The notes under the pieces: model-generated
The model's input: only the letters and a program-made list of their open reading frames with translations
What the model was told of the DNA's origin: nothing
Database searches by the model: none
Position numbers and translations under genes: made by a program
Shown: piece by piece, positions 28,000 through 38,406 of the stretch
Layout of the letters: the number at the start of each line of letters is the position of its first letter
Position numbering within the stretch: the stretch's first letter is position 1
Origin: Candidatus Micrarchaeota archaeon
GTDB lineage: Archaea; Micrarchaeota; Micrarchaeia; Anstonellales; Bilamarchaeaceae
Assembly: GCA_038046805.1 (NCBI GenBank)
Contig: JBBSVO010000002.1
Coordinates: forward strand, 16,684 to 80,683
DNA: 64,000 bases
Direction of reading: 5' to 3'

Positions 28000-29196
28000 A
28001 TGCTCATCGGATTAGTTGGAAAGCCTTCATCAGGCAAATCCACATTTTTCCAGGCGATTACTTCGATACCCGTAGCGCGTGCGGATTACCCGTTCACTAC
28101 GATTGAGCCGAACCGCGGTGTCGCATACGTGGAAATTGAATGTGTGGACAAGGATTTCGGGGTAAAATGCAACCCGCGCACTGGATTCTGCGTGAATTCC
28201 CGCAGGTTTGCACCCGTCGAGGTTCTCGATGTTGCCGGATTGGTTCCTGGGGCACACGAGGGAAAGGGACTCGGAAATAAGTTCCTTGATGATTTGAGGC
28301 AGGCAGATTTGCTTATACATATAGTTGATGCATCTGGTTCTACAAACGAAAACGGAGAGGGCGTTACACCCGGCTCGCATGATCCGTGCAAGGATGTCCT
28401 GTTTCTTGAGGAAGAACTCACTCATTGGTTGAAGGGAATTTTGGACAACAACTGGAATAAACTTGCGCGTGAGAGTGCATTGAACAAGAAAAACGAGGAC
28501 ATATTACATAATCAGTTTACCGGGCTTGGAATAAAGATCGATGCGATTCGCAGGACGCTGAACGGGCTCAATCTGATGGACAAGAAGCTTTCAGAATGGA
28601 GTGACGGGGATAAGTTTGCATTTTCAAAAAGGATGCGGGAAATCGGAAAGCCAATAATAATCGCTGCTAACAAATGCGACAAGGCAACCGCAGCTGAGAA
28701 CGTTATACGGCTCAAGGAAAAATTCCCGCAATATCTCATTGTGCCTTGCTCGGCAGAGGCGGAAATCGCGCTCAAGGAAGCCGCTAAAAAAGAATTCATA
28801 GAATATGTTCCGGGGGATGACAGGTTTACAGTAAAAAAAGAACTGAATGACCAACAGAAAAAGGCAATGGACGTTCTTGCCGGAGTGTTGAGGGCATATC
28901 ATAGCACAGGGGTCCAGAAAACCCTGAACGCTGCCGTGTTTGATTTCCTCAAATACATTGCAATATTTCCAGGTGGTGTGAACAAACTGAGCGATTCCAA
29001 AGGCAATATATTGCCAGATGTATTCCTTTTACCTCCTGGTTCGACTGCTCTGGATTTTGCGTTTACGCTACATACGGATATGGGCAGGGGATTCATAAAA
29101 GCTGTGAATGTAAAGACAAAACAACCTGTGGGAAAAGAACACCCATTGCAGCACAGGGACGTGATTGAATTATATTTCAAGAAACCCCAGGAGTAG
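28000..29196 (+). CDS. ychF: YchF/OBG-family translation-associated NTPase
   Basis: GKPSSGKST, YPFTT, DVAGLVPGA..G.GLGNKFL, NKCD, C-terminal TGS domain. Confidence 0.92.
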   Translation: MLIGLVGKPSSGKSTFFQAITSIPVARADYPFTTIEPNRGVAYVEIECVDKDFGVKCNPRTGFCVNSRRFAPVEVLDVAGLVPGAHEGKGLGNKFLDDLRQADLLIHIVDASGSTNENGEGVTPGSHDPCKDVLFLEEELTHWLKGILDNNWNKLARESALNKKNEDILHNQFTGLGIKIDAIRRTLNGLNLMDKKLSEWSDGDKFAFSKRMREIGKPIIIAANKCDKATAAENVIRLKEKFPQYLIVPCSAEAEIALKEAAKKEFIEYVPGDDRFTVKKELNDQQKKAMDVLAGVLRAYHSTGVQKTLNAAVFDFLKYIAIFPGGVNKLSDSKGNILPDVFLLPPGSTALDFAFTLHTDMGRGFIKAVNVKTKQPVGKEHPLQHRDVIELYFKKPQE

Positions 29197-29223
29197 CGTA
29201 GAACAGAGTAAGTAGGTTATGTT

Positions 29224-29535
29224 ATGCTGGTAGTTTTGAGTACTTGCTCGGATAAGAAAATCGCGAACGCTATAGCCACACAGCTTGTTGAAAAACATCT
29301 TGCTGCATGCGTAAACCTTATTGCGCTTGAAGATTCGGTTTATCGCTGGAAAGGAAAGATCGAGCATACAAAGGGATTTTTACTGATCATCAAATCAAGA
29401 AGGGAAAAATATCCACTCCTGGAAATGGAAATAAAGCGCATGCATCCCGACGAAGTTCCAGAAATAGTTGCAATGAAGTCAGAGAAAGTAAGCAGGGAAT
29501 ATTTGGAATGGGTCAGACGATGCTGCCTGGTTTAG
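29224..29535 (+). CDS. cutA: Divalent cation tolerance protein CutA
   Basis: LVEKHLAACVN, SVYRWKG, HP.EVPEI, YLEW. Confidence 0.93.
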   Translation: MLVVLSTCSDKKIANAIATQLVEKHLAACVNLIALEDSVYRWKGKIEHTKGFLLIIKSRREKYPLLEMEIKRMHPDEVPEIVAMKSEKVSREYLEWVRRCCLV

Positions 29536-29571
29536 CCGTTGTTTTAAATTCTTTCATTTTTAATTATACTT

Positions 29572-30009
29572 ATGGAACGCGTACTGATTATATCCGGAAG
29601 CGAAAGCGACAAGGCGATTGTGGACAAGGTTGCTGATGCACTAAAGGAGTTTGGCGTAGAATGCCGAGCCGAAGTGGCATCTGCGCACAGAATGCCGGAG
29701 AAGCTTGAGAAGCTGATTTCCGCGAGCGGTGCATCCGTATTTATTGCGGTTGCGGGATTGAGTGCCGCTCTTCCGGGCGTAATTGCAAGCAAAACCACGA
29801 AGCCGGTTATTGGAGTTCCTGTGAACATTAAACTTGATGGGCTTGATGCGCTTCTTTCAATGATGCAAATGCCACCTGGAGTTCCTGTTGCGACGGTTGG
29901 CGTAGATAATGCAAAGAATGCGGCGATTCTTGCTGTTCAGATTCTCGCCCTGAACGACAAGACGCTGGACTCGAAACTCAAAGAAATAAGGGCGAAGTGG
30001 AAGAAATAA
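29572..30009 (+). CDS. purE: N5-CAIR mutase / AIR carboxylase PurE
   Basis: [36 protein letters not shown]. Confidence 0.95.
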   Translation: MERVLIISGSESDKAIVDKVADALKEFGVECRAEVASAHRMPEKLEKLISASGASVFIAVAGLSAALPGVIASKTTKPVIGVPVNIKLDGLDALLSMMQMPPGVPVATVGVDNAKNAAILAVQILALNDKTLDSKLKEIRAKWKK

Positions 30010-30038
30010 GAAAAGAGAAAAAACAGAGTAAGAAAAAA

Positions 30039-30644
30039 ATGAGTGAAAACATGGCAAAACCAACACCTATAGTCCCATATCTTTCCCCGCTTCTTAGAAA
30101 ACTTAAACGCGGTCCTGCGGTAACGCTTCCAAAAGACGCGGGAATGTTCATCGCGTACACAGGAATAGGAAAGGAATCTCGCGTGATTGAATTAGGGAGC
30201 GGTTCCGGGTTTTTTACATCCCAACTCGCAAATATAGTCAAAGAAGTCATATCCTATGAAAAGCGGGACGAATTCCTGAAAATTGCCGAAGGGAATGTAA
30301 AACGATGCGGATTTACGAACGTAATTTTTAAGCACCGCGACGTTCTCGGAACGGAAGGCATCGATGAAAAGGACGGAACGTTCGACCTTGTTTTCTGCGA
30401 TATTGCCGAAGCTGAAAAAATTGTTCCGCACGCGCACGTTGCGCTTAAACCTGGCGGATTCCTTGCAGCGCATTGCCTTCACATAGAGCAGGCAAAGGCA
30501 CTTGTTCTTGAGGCGCAGAAAACCTTTAGCGAGGTAAGTCTGGTCGAAAACCTTGTCCGTGATTATGAAGTGCGGGATTTCGGAACACGACCAAGGCATA
30601 TGGGAATAATGCATACTGCGTATCTTGTTTTTGCGAGGAAATAA
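30039..30644 (+). CDS. trmI: tRNA (adenine-N1) methyltransferase TrmI-like, lacking N-terminal domain
   Basis: LKRGP....PKD, ELGSGSG, YEKR..F, TRP...GIMHTAYL. Confidence 0.85.
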   Translation: MSENMAKPTPIVPYLSPLLRKLKRGPAVTLPKDAGMFIAYTGIGKESRVIELGSGSGFFTSQLANIVKEVISYEKRDEFLKIAEGNVKRCGFTNVIFKHRDVLGTEGIDEKDGTFDLVFCDIAEAEKIVPHAHVALKPGGFLAAHCLHIEQAKALVLEAQKTFSEVSLVENLVRDYEVRDFGTRPRHMGIMHTAYLVFARK

Positions 30645-30653
30645 GGCGATCCC

Positions 30654-31046
30654 ATGGCAGTGCAGATTTTTTCTAACAGAGGTAGAGCCGGAAGGTCAGA
30701 ACAACAAAAGCTAGTCGAAGCTGCTCAAACATTTGTTGATCTCAACAACATCCCTTCAGAAGCTCAGTTCGGACATTTGAAACCCAGATTATATGGAAGG
30801 CTAAAAGATAAGGGATTAGTTGAAAGGATAACCTTCGCGCGGAAAGAAGGAGGGCGAAAACCTGTAGGGATGGGTAAAAGAGACTTAATCGAAACCGCAT
30901 TACATAGAATAGATAACTTAGACCCTGGACCAAGAACTCTCGAAGCATTCCGAATTGAAGATCCGCATCTTGTCAGGGTTCTTGAACAACGCGAATTGCT
31001 TGAAACTGTAATCCGAATTGCAAAAAGAAAAAGGTTGATGGATTGA
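30654..31046 (+). CDS. Hypothetical basic protein
   Basis: 130-aa ORF filling the gap, co-oriented; no motif recognised. Confidence 0.55.
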   Translation: MAVQIFSNRGRAGRSEQQKLVEAAQTFVDLNNIPSEAQFGHLKPRLYGRLKDKGLVERITFARKEGGRKPVGMGKRDLIETALHRIDNLDPGPRTLEAFRIEDPHLVRVLEQRELLETVIRIAKRKRLMD

Positions 31047-31148
31047 AACTCCTGTCAAATTGCAGAATGCGCTCCACGCTTCATCAATCTACAATTTTTT
31101 GAGAGATGTTTTAAACAGTTCCATATATTCTCTCTTTGGGTGTTTTTC

Positions 31149-32021
31149 ATGGCCTTTTCAGACTTAAATTTTTTTACGTGTTTACCGGTACTGGTTTTTG
31201 GGATTATTGTTTATGCAGTTCTTGCAATAAAAGTAATACGGCCTGTAGAAAAAGGGCTTGTCGAGCGATTCGGAAAGTTTAGCCGCATCGCAGAACCTGG
31301 TTTATTGATCATAATCCCATTTGTTGAAAACGTCATAAACGTTCCAACAACGGAAATACGTGTTGACGTTGACGAACAGACTGTTATCACAAAGGATAAT
31401 CTCAATACTGATGTAGATGCGATAGTCTATTACAAAATACAGGATGTCATGAAGGCGATTTATAATATACAGGATTACAAGACAGCTATTCCTTCATTGG
31501 CTCAAACTACGCTTAGGGCGATAATGGGGCAGATGACTCTGACAGAGGCGAATGAAAATCGTCAGCGGATAAACCAGTCTGTTGAGCAAGAACTGGATAA
31601 GGAAACGAACAACTGGGGTATAGATATCATCCGCGTTGAGCTGCAAAAGATAGATCCGCCAGAAGACGTGCAGGGGGCAATGAATAACGTGGTCAAAGCA
31701 GAGAACGAGAAAATCGCGGCCATAAATCTTGCAACTGCTGCCGAAACGCGTGCGGATGGCGAAAAAAGGGCGAAAATAAAGGTTGCTGAAGGTGAGGCGC
31801 AAGCGGTGGAATTGAGAGCAGAAGCAGAGGCACGCGCAATCCAGCTTGTGCACGAAGCAGCCCAAAAATATTTCAAAGGAGATGCACAGACGCTTAAAAA
31901 GCTGCAGGTAACCGAAAAATCTCTTTCTGAAAACACAAAATATGTCATACCCAAGGGAACTGATATAACTGCCATCATTTCAGATACTGCGGGCGTTCTT
32001 CCGATTGAGAAAAAGAAATAG
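31149..32021 (+). CDS. SPFH/band 7 (stomatin-like) protein
   Basis: N-terminal TM, VERFGKF, VITKDN, QTTLR..MG, WGI.I.RVEL, AEA-rich coiled coil. Confidence 0.93.
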   Translation: MAFSDLNFFTCLPVLVFGIIVYAVLAIKVIRPVEKGLVERFGKFSRIAEPGLLIIIPFVENVINVPTTEIRVDVDEQTVITKDNLNTDVDAIVYYKIQDVMKAIYNIQDYKTAIPSLAQTTLRAIMGQMTLTEANENRQRINQSVEQELDKETNNWGIDIIRVELQKIDPPEDVQGAMNNVVKAENEKIAAINLATAAETRADGEKRAKIKVAEGEAQAVELRAEAEARAIQLVHEAAQKYFKGDAQTLKKLQVTEKSLSENTKYVIPKGTDITAIISDTAGVLPIEKKK

Positions 32022-32030
32022 AGAAAAATT

Positions 32031-32192
32031 TGCAGGGGGCAGGAAATTCCGTCTTCCGTTCCGCGTTTTCAGTTTTGTTTGCGGAATGGAAAACTTTTGA
32101 ACCTACGAAGGTACTAAACCACGGCGTTTCATAGGGCTAAAATAAAAAAGCCCACCTAAGCGCCGCGCGTTTGGCCGCTCCGCCACCCCTGC
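32031..32192 (-). tRNA. tRNA-Leu(TAG) with two introns (37/38: 32128-32154; 59/60: 32045-32095)
   Basis: Minus strand GCAGGGG...CGGCG-CTTAGG|27 nt|A-CGCCG, long variable arm, GTAGG-TTCAAA|51 nt|T-CCTGC-CCCCTGC-A; both introns form BHB-like hairpins. Confidence 0.92.
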
Positions 32193-32250
32193 GAGTTGAG
32201 ATACTTAATCTTCAAACAATATTTTAAATCCCCGCTTCGTTACTATTTTT

Positions 32251-32547
32251 ATGTATCTAAAAATTCACAACGTGCGCGGAAAGAAGATTGTTGCGGCATG
32301 CGACAAGGATCTAATCGGAAAAATCATTTCTGATGGAAATGTTACGCTGGATTTGAACAGCTACGCCTCGTTCTATAAGGGCGATATTGCTTCAGATTCT
32401 GCCCTGGCAAAAGAGTTAAAATCCTTTGATTCCGCGAATTTAGTTGGGAAAAAGGTAGTTTCTGTGGTCGTATCTGTTGGCTTGGTAAAACAATCAAACG
32501 TTACTTATATAAACGACATACCTCATATCCAGCTATATAAATTATAG
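32251..32547 (+). CDS. DUF424 family protein
   Basis: VAACD..LIGK, FYKG, ANLVG, IPH. Confidence 0.88.
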   Translation: MYLKIHNVRGKKIVAACDKDLIGKIISDGNVTLDLNSYASFYKGDIASDSALAKELKSFDSANLVGKKVVSVVVSVGLVKQSNVTYINDIPHIQLYKL

Positions 32548-32560
32548 GGGGGTGGAATGT

Positions 32561-32962
32561 ATGAAGTCAATAACTGTCGTAGCTGATGATAGAGTTGGAT
32601 TGCTAGCGGATATATCATACATTCTAGGAAAAGCCCGCATTAACATCGAATCTGTAAGTGTTGATTCAATAGGTGGAAAGGCAATCATTGTCCTTACCGT
32701 ACGAGATACGCAAAAGACGGCAGATGTCCTGCAAAAAAGCGGATACTCCATAAGCGAGGCCAATGTTCTTGTTGTAAAGCTTTCCGACCAGCCAGGAGAA
32801 CTTAGCAAGATAACTGCAATGCTTGTCGATGAAAAAGTCAATATCCAGAACGTACACATGCTTTCAAGAGATGGAAAACAAACTGTTCTTGCCCTGATGC
32901 TGGATAAACCAAAAAAGGCTGAAAAATTACTTGCGCCCTATCTTATCACAAGCGAGGAGTAA
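32561..32962 (+). CDS. Tandem ACT-domain protein
   Basis: DRVGLLADI...INI and DQPGELSKI...VNI. Confidence 0.88.
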   Translation: MKSITVVADDRVGLLADISYILGKARINIESVSVDSIGGKAIIVLTVRDTQKTADVLQKSGYSISEANVLVVKLSDQPGELSKITAMLVDEKVNIQNVHMLSRDGKQTVLALMLDKPKKAEKLLAPYLITSEE

Positions 32963-32972
32963 TATCGGGCAT

Positions 32973-34064
32973 CTAAACCTCTATTTCGATTTCTTTTTTC
33001 TTTTTATCAGTTATTTTTGTTTCATATCTTCTTAGTTCTTTATTATTTTCTGGATTTTCGAGATTTTGAATTCCAACATATTTTGCCTTTGAAAGAACGT
33101 GTTCTATTATCTCGTAATTCCCATAAATAAAATCACCGGTTTCTTTCAACTCTTTTTCCTGTGCAAGCGTTTCTGTGAGCGTTTTTTCCTGTTCAGCAAG
33201 ACGCCTTTCAAGTTTCACGAGCTTTTCGCTTTTTTTCAATTCAATGTCTGGTTCCTTCCCCTTGAAATAATAATCGTCCGCTGATTCTGAAATGGTTTTT
33301 CGTTTCTCGGCGGTTGTTTTAGCATAAATTATGAGTGGGCATACCCCATAATCACTAATCTCATCGTCTTTCACAAAAACAAACGCATCATGTGTGCCAG
33401 CAATATTTTTTAATTCGCGTTCAAGTTTACATGCCTCTTTTTCTGTTAGTTCACTCTCCGGCTTTTTTTCATCAATTCCGCATCTTGCGAGTAGTTCCTT
33501 TACGTATATTTTTCCCAGAGGGAGTTTCATAAGGCAGACGACTATATATTTTCCAGGAGAAGCTTTTCGTGCATCCTTGATATTACCCGCAATATTGGAT
33601 TTCGGGAACGAATATTTGACATTGCGTTTTATCTCGCGGTCTGCCCATCGTTCTTCCCTATAAGCGACTATCGTTGTTTTATCCTCTCCAGAGACCAAAA
33701 TCACGTTTCCCTTTGCGAACATTTCGAAAATAAGAAAGAGCATTTGTTTTTTCCCGCTTTCGTTCTTTCCTGCATCAAACTCAAACACGATTATCCTATC
33801 ATTGTTTTTCTGTTCAATCTTCATCAGTCGTGCGTTGTCAAGCTCTTTTTTCACTTTTTTTGCGAAGTTGTCCGCTTCGAGCGGTTCATCAATATATTTA
33901 GTGATATAAAGCCGCTTGCCGAGCTCGGCCGTTATATCCGAATTTCCAATCCTCAGCCTGTATCTTCCTTCTCCAAGCAGCTGAATGTTTGAAAAATGCT
34001 TTCCAATAAGGGATTGCAGCTCTGCAACTATAACGGAATATTCCAGATTCTCCATTGAACGCAT
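32973..34064 (-). CDS. NFACT/Rqc2 (FbpA-like) N-terminal-only protein
   Basis: IEQ.NNDRI, LIFEMFAKGNVIL, H2TH motif LGKIYVKELLARCGI, coiled coil; ends before the NFACT-R region. Confidence 0.8.
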   Translation of the reverse strand: MRSMENLEYSVIVAELQSLIGKHFSNIQLLGEGRYRLRIGNSDITAELGKRLYITKYIDEPLEADNFAKKVKKELDNARLMKIEQKNNDRIIVFEFDAGKNESGKKQMLFLIFEMFAKGNVILVSGEDKTTIVAYREERWADREIKRNVKYSFPKSNIAGNIKDARKASPGKYIVVCLMKLPLGKIYVKELLARCGIDEKKPESELTEKEACKLERELKNIAGTHDAFVFVKDDEISDYGVCPLIIYAKTTAEKRKTISESADDYYFKGKEPDIELKKSEKLVKLERRLAEQEKTLTETLAQEKELKETGDFIYGNYEIIEHVLSKAKYVGIQNLENPENNKELRRYETKITDKKKKEIEIEV

Positions 34065-34115
34065 GAGGTTATTGACGCATCTTTGTTTTTAATTGTATTC
34101 CGATAATTTATCTAC

Positions 34116-34982
34116 ATGGTTCCGAGCAGTGCTTCTGATGTTTCTCCCCTGTACCCAGAGCTTCTAAAGACTATGGACAAGGTTGAACTCGAAGAAGAAA
34201 TTAACAAAAAGATTTCCTCTTTCAATGGTCTTCTTACCCGGGATATTGCCCTAAAGATGATTGCCCGTGAGAAGGGAATTTATAAATCCGATCTGACTGG
34301 TTCAGGTTCTCGCGATTCTGTAATTAATGCCGCACTTTGTCGCATCTTGCCAGAAGAGAATTATAGAACTGGCAAGAGATCTCGAGCAATGGAAATAAAG
34401 GATTCTGATGGAAAAATTCGTACTCTCAGGCTTTGGAATGATGACGTCATTTTATTCGCAAAACTGCGCGTTGGAGATGAAATAACCATAAGCGGTGCAT
34501 ATGAAAAAAATGGGATTCTCAATCTTGGTTATTCTGGAAAGGTTTCAATTTCAAAGAGTGCATCATTTGCAAATATTGCGGACCTAAAACCCCTTCCAGA
34601 GAATTCGTCCGTAAGTATCAGTGGAGAGGTTATTTCACTAAATCCGGGCGTGTTTGAAGTCTCGGATGGTGTGTCCTCAGTCTCTGTTTTTGGGAATACT
34701 CAAACTACTCAAATTATCGCAGTAGGGGATAAAGTGATACTGGAGAATGCATTAACCGAGTCTGGAAATCTATGTTTTTCAGACAATTCGCGGCTTCTTG
34801 TCAAAAAGCCGAAGGCAACCGGTGCCGGTATGTCCGCAATGGGTAGAAAAGAGATTCTTGAATCAATGGGGCTAAAAGTGGCCGATGACATAACCCTGGA
34901 GACAATTGTCAATCTTAAAAAATCTTCCCTGTCCAATGCGAATCAGGGTAATCCCGTTTTGTGTGGTGCGTCTCATGTCTAA
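34116..34982 (+). CDS. OB-fold ssDNA-binding protein (RPA-like)
   Basis: N-terminal GLLTRDIAL..IA.E.G motif, IKDSDG.I.L.LWND, repeated OB-like GDKV segments. Confidence 0.7.
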   Translation: MVPSSASDVSPLYPELLKTMDKVELEEEINKKISSFNGLLTRDIALKMIAREKGIYKSDLTGSGSRDSVINAALCRILPEENYRTGKRSRAMEIKDSDGKIRTLRLWNDDVILFAKLRVGDEITISGAYEKNGILNLGYSGKVSISKSASFANIADLKPLPENSSVSISGEVISLNPGVFEVSDGVSSVSVFGNTQTTQIIAVGDKVILENALTESGNLCFSDNSRLLVKKPKATGAGMSAMGRKEILESMGLKVADDITLETIVNLKKSSLSNANQGNPVLCGASHV

Positions 34983-35149
34983 TGCCAGTCTAAAAGTTGC
35001 CATCCGCTTGAACTGCGGTTCAAATCTCTCGAAAACGGCTGTTTTCTCGATCCGCTTGAAATTCGCTGCTGCTCATTTCAAATCCGGCAACTTTTTTAAT
35101 ATAATTTACCTTGGTGATGTCTATGTCTAATGCCAGTCTAAAAGTTGCC
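34975..35149 (+). repeat. 27-bp direct repeat of the cdc48 5' end flanking a hairpin cluster
   Basis: atgtctaatgccagtctaaaagttgcc at 34975-35001 and 35123-35149. Confidence 0.9.
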
Positions 35150-37276
35150 GAAGCCTTCCAGAACGATATCGGTAGAAATATTATTCGCATAGATTCAAAG
35201 GCAAAGAGCGAGCTTGGCATCTCTACAGGAGATATAGTTAAAATCACCGGAAAGAAATCTGCACTTGCAATAGTTTGGCAGGCACATCCGGATGATGAAG
35301 GCCTTGACATGATTCGCATGGATGGTATTCTCAGGCAGAATGCAAGCGTAGGGCTTGGAGATAAGGTAAAAATCGAGCCTGTAGAAACAAAAGAGGCAAA
35401 GAAAATTCTTCTTACACCCCGAGAACCAATGAGATACTCTCCTGGTTTTGATCAATATGTGAAAAAGCGTCTTGTCGGAAAGCCAATATTAAAGGGAAAT
35501 CTTCTTCCGGTAGGTATTTTTGGAACTTCGATTCCGCTTGTTGTTGCGCAAACATTTCCTCAGGGACCCGTTATAGTGGGGGAGACCACAGACTTAGTCA
35601 TAAAGAATGATCCAGTAAAAGATATCGGAAATGTTCCGAATGTTACTTATGACGATGTAGGCGGTCTGAAGGAAGCAATCAAAAAAGTTCGCGAAATGGT
35701 TGAGCTTCCGCTAAGACATCCTGAAATTTTTGAAAAACTCGGAATTGAACCTCCAAAAGGAGTTCTTTTGTATGGTCCGCCCGGCACAGGAAAAACCCTG
35801 CTGGTAAAGGCAGTTGCAAATGAGTCAGACGCAAATTTTATTTACATCGGAGGTCCGGAAATCGTAAGTAAATATGTTGGTGAGAGTGAAGAGCGCCTCA
35901 GGAAACAATTCAAGGAAGCAGAGGAAAACGCCCCTTCAATTATTTTCATTGATGAAATAGATGCAATCGCTCCAAAACGCGAAGAAGTTGTAGGCGAGGT
36001 TGAACGCAGGATGGTTTCCCAGATGCTTACACTAATGGATGGGCTAAAAGCAAGAGGCGAGGTAATTGTTATCGGCGCAACAAACAGACCCGATGCAATC
36101 GATTCCGCACTGCGCAGACCCGGAAGGTTTGACCGTGAAATAGAGCTCAACGTTCCTGACCGCGATGGCAGACTTGAGATTCTGAAAATTCATGTGCGAA
36201 ACATGCCTCTTGATAAAGATGTCAAGGTAGAGGAATTGGCGTCTATAACTCATGGATACACTGGCGCAGATATCTCTCTTCTTACAAAAGAAGCCGCGAT
36301 TAAGGCATTAAGGCGAATTCTTCCGGATATAAATCTTGAAGAAGAATTCATCCCGCAGGAAATCCTGGAAAAGCTTGTGGTAAACCGCACCGACTTTTTT
36401 GATGCACTGCGCGAAATACAGCCAAGCGCGCTACGAGAAGTTTTTGTAGAGCGGCCAAATATCAAATGGAGCGATATCGGCGGAATGGAGCTTATTAAAC
36501 GGGAGATCGACGAAGCAGTTACTCTTCCTCTCAAAGAGCCAGAGCTGTTTGAAAGATATGGGATCCGGCCTGTTAAGGGAATACTGTTATATGGCCCTCC
36601 GGGAACCGGAAAAACTCTTCTTGCAAAAGCAGTTGCACACGAATCAGAGGCAAATTTCATTTCAATAAGCGGTGCACAAGTATTGAGTAAATGGGTCGGA
36701 GAATCGGAAAAAACCGTTCGCGAGCTTTTCAGAAGGGCGAGAATGGCCGCGCCATGTATTATTTTTGTAGATGAAATCGATGCCATAGCTCCGATAAGAG
36801 GTGGCACAGATAGTCATCATGTCACCGAGCGTGTTGTTGACACACTTTTAACTGAAATGGATGGTCTCAAAAATCTTAAAGGAGTTATCGTGATTGCGGC
36901 TACAAACCGTCCGGATATGCTTGATCAGGCACTTTTGCGTGCTGGGCGATTTGACCGTGCGATTGAAATAGGACTGCCTGATGAGAAAGCCAGACTTCAG
37001 ATATTCCAGATTCATACCAAAAAAATGCCTCTTGACAGCGGAGTTGATTTAAAAGAACTTACAAAAGCCCTGCATGGATTTACAGGTGCTGATATCGAGA
37101 ATTTGTGTCGCGAGGCCGGAATGAATGCAATCCGGGAAGGCAAAGAAAAGAAGGATGCAAAGGTTCTTTCGCGTCATTTTGCTTCGGCAATGAAAACCAT
37201 TACGCCGACACTTAGAAAAGATGATATGGACAGTCTTTCCAAATTCAAGGAACTGACCAATGCGATGTATGGATAA
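35123..37276 (+). CDS. cdc48: Cdc48/VCP family AAA+ ATPase
   Basis: N-domain plus two AAA modules (GPPGTGKT twice, DEID twice, RPGRFDR/RAGRFDR), C-terminal MYG. Confidence 0.96.
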   Translation: MSNASLKVAEAFQNDIGRNIIRIDSKAKSELGISTGDIVKITGKKSALAIVWQAHPDDEGLDMIRMDGILRQNASVGLGDKVKIEPVETKEAKKILLTPREPMRYSPGFDQYVKKRLVGKPILKGNLLPVGIFGTSIPLVVAQTFPQGPVIVGETTDLVIKNDPVKDIGNVPNVTYDDVGGLKEAIKKVREMVELPLRHPEIFEKLGIEPPKGVLLYGPPGTGKTLLVKAVANESDANFIYIGGPEIVSKYVGESEERLRKQFKEAEENAPSIIFIDEIDAIAPKREEVVGEVERRMVSQMLTLMDGLKARGEVIVIGATNRPDAIDSALRRPGRFDREIELNVPDRDGRLEILKIHVRNMPLDKDVKVEELASITHGYTGADISLLTKEAAIKALRRILPDINLEEEFIPQEILEKLVVNRTDFFDALREIQPSALREVFVERPNIKWSDIGGMELIKREIDEAVTLPLKEPELFERYGIRPVKGILLYGPPGTGKTLLAKAVAHESEANFISISGAQVLSKWVGESEKTVRELFRRARMAAPCIIFVDEIDAIAPIRGGTDSHHVTERVVDTLLTEMDGLKNLKGVIVIAATNRPDMLDQALLRAGRFDRAIEIGLPDEKARLQIFQIHTKKMPLDSGVDLKELTKALHGFTGADIENLCREAGMNAIREGKEKKDAKVLSRHFASAMKTITPTLRKDDMDSLSKFKELTNAMYG

Positions 37277-37313
37277 AGGATAAACCAAATTACTTTAAAG
37301 GGTGGAATATTCT

Positions 37314-37694
37314 ATGCAACTTTCATTATTTCTAAAACTAGCTGTTGTTGCTATTGCAATCTCGCTTTTAGTTTTTGCGTTTAGTCCATCAGCCGGACTC
37401 CTTTCGCTTGCAAAATACATTGCTCTGGGAATCGGCATCTCAATCATAATAACTCTGATTTATCCATCATTTCGCGGTGTTCAAAAAGGAGACAAAGTCA
37501 TTGTTGTTTCAAATTCCGCGATTCCATCATTATTCGGACGCGTTGGAATGGCTATGAACGGCGGGAAACTACAGGGTGAAATTAGGATAAAGCTTGATGA
37601 CGGCAGGGAAATTGCAGGGGTGATTGACAGCTACTCTGGTCTGTTGTCTCTTCCAAAGGTTCGCGTTGTTTACGAAGAGAGAATAATTGAATGA
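37314..37694 (+). CDS. Membrane protein with small C-terminal beta domain
   Basis: Two TM helices followed by a soluble RGVQKGDKV domain. Confidence 0.65.
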   Translation: MQLSLFLKLAVVAIAISLLVFAFSPSAGLLSLAKYIALGIGISIIITLIYPSFRGVQKGDKVIVVSNSAIPSLFGRVGMAMNGGKLQGEIRIKLDDGREIAGVIDSYSGLLSLPKVRVVYEERIIE

Positions 37695-37696
37695 TT

Positions 37697-37751
37697 GGCT
37701 GCTGGCTTCTAGCTCCTAGCCACTACCCAGAACCCAGGAGCCAGAAGCAGT
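37697..37751. repeat. Heptamer repeat tract with inverted halves
   Basis: gctgctg gcttcta gctccta ... cagaacc caggagc cagaagc. Confidence 0.7.
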
Positions 37752-37773
37752 AGGATGATGAAGCAGTGATCTT

Positions 37774-38388
37774 ATGTTTAGCACGAACACCTTTTACATA
37801 GAAAAAGACGAAGCGATCCAGATTCTGATATCTGTTCTTGCGATTTCCCTTGCGTTAGCTATCTCTCAGGGAGGGTTTGGGCTTTTCACTAGTGCTCAGG
37901 GATTGAAGGCATTGATCCTTCTCCTTGCTTTGTTCACTCTTACTGTTGGCACAGGTTTTATTCTTCATGAAATGGCTCACAAATTGGTTGCCATACAATA
38001 TGGGGCATATGCGAGATTTCAGATGTGGACTCAGGGATTGCTTTTGATGTTAGGGCTTTCATTTTTAGGATTTGTTTTTGCAGCTCCTGGTGCAGTGTAT
38101 ATCTATTCGCACAATATTTCCAGAAAGGAAAATGGGATTATTTCGGTTGCCGGACCGGTTACCAACATTGCGCTTGCAATCGTGTTTATGGCACTTGCAA
38201 TTTTTGCCCCGGTTTATACGTCCAACACAAATATTTGGTTCATAGGATTTTACGTTAATTCCTTCCTTGCATTTTTCAACATGCTGCCAATATTCCCATT
38301 AGATGGGAGCAAGGTTCTTGCATGGAATGCTGTTGTGTGGGTGGCAGTTACGGCTGTTGCAGGTTATATGACATTCTTTTTGAGGTAA
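37774..38388 (+). CDS. Site-2 protease (M50 family)
   Basis: HEMAH, AGP, FNMLPIFPLDG. Confidence 0.93.
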   Translation: MFSTNTFYIEKDEAIQILISVLAISLALAISQGGFGLFTSAQGLKALILLLALFTLTVGTGFILHEMAHKLVAIQYGAYARFQMWTQGLLLMLGLSFLGFVFAAPGAVYIYSHNISRKENGIISVAGPVTNIALAIVFMALAIFAPVYTSNTNIWFIGFYVNSFLAFFNMLPIFPLDGSKVLAWNAVVWVAVTAVAGYMTFFLR

Positions 38389-38406
38389 TTGAAGGTGAAC
38401 AAAACA

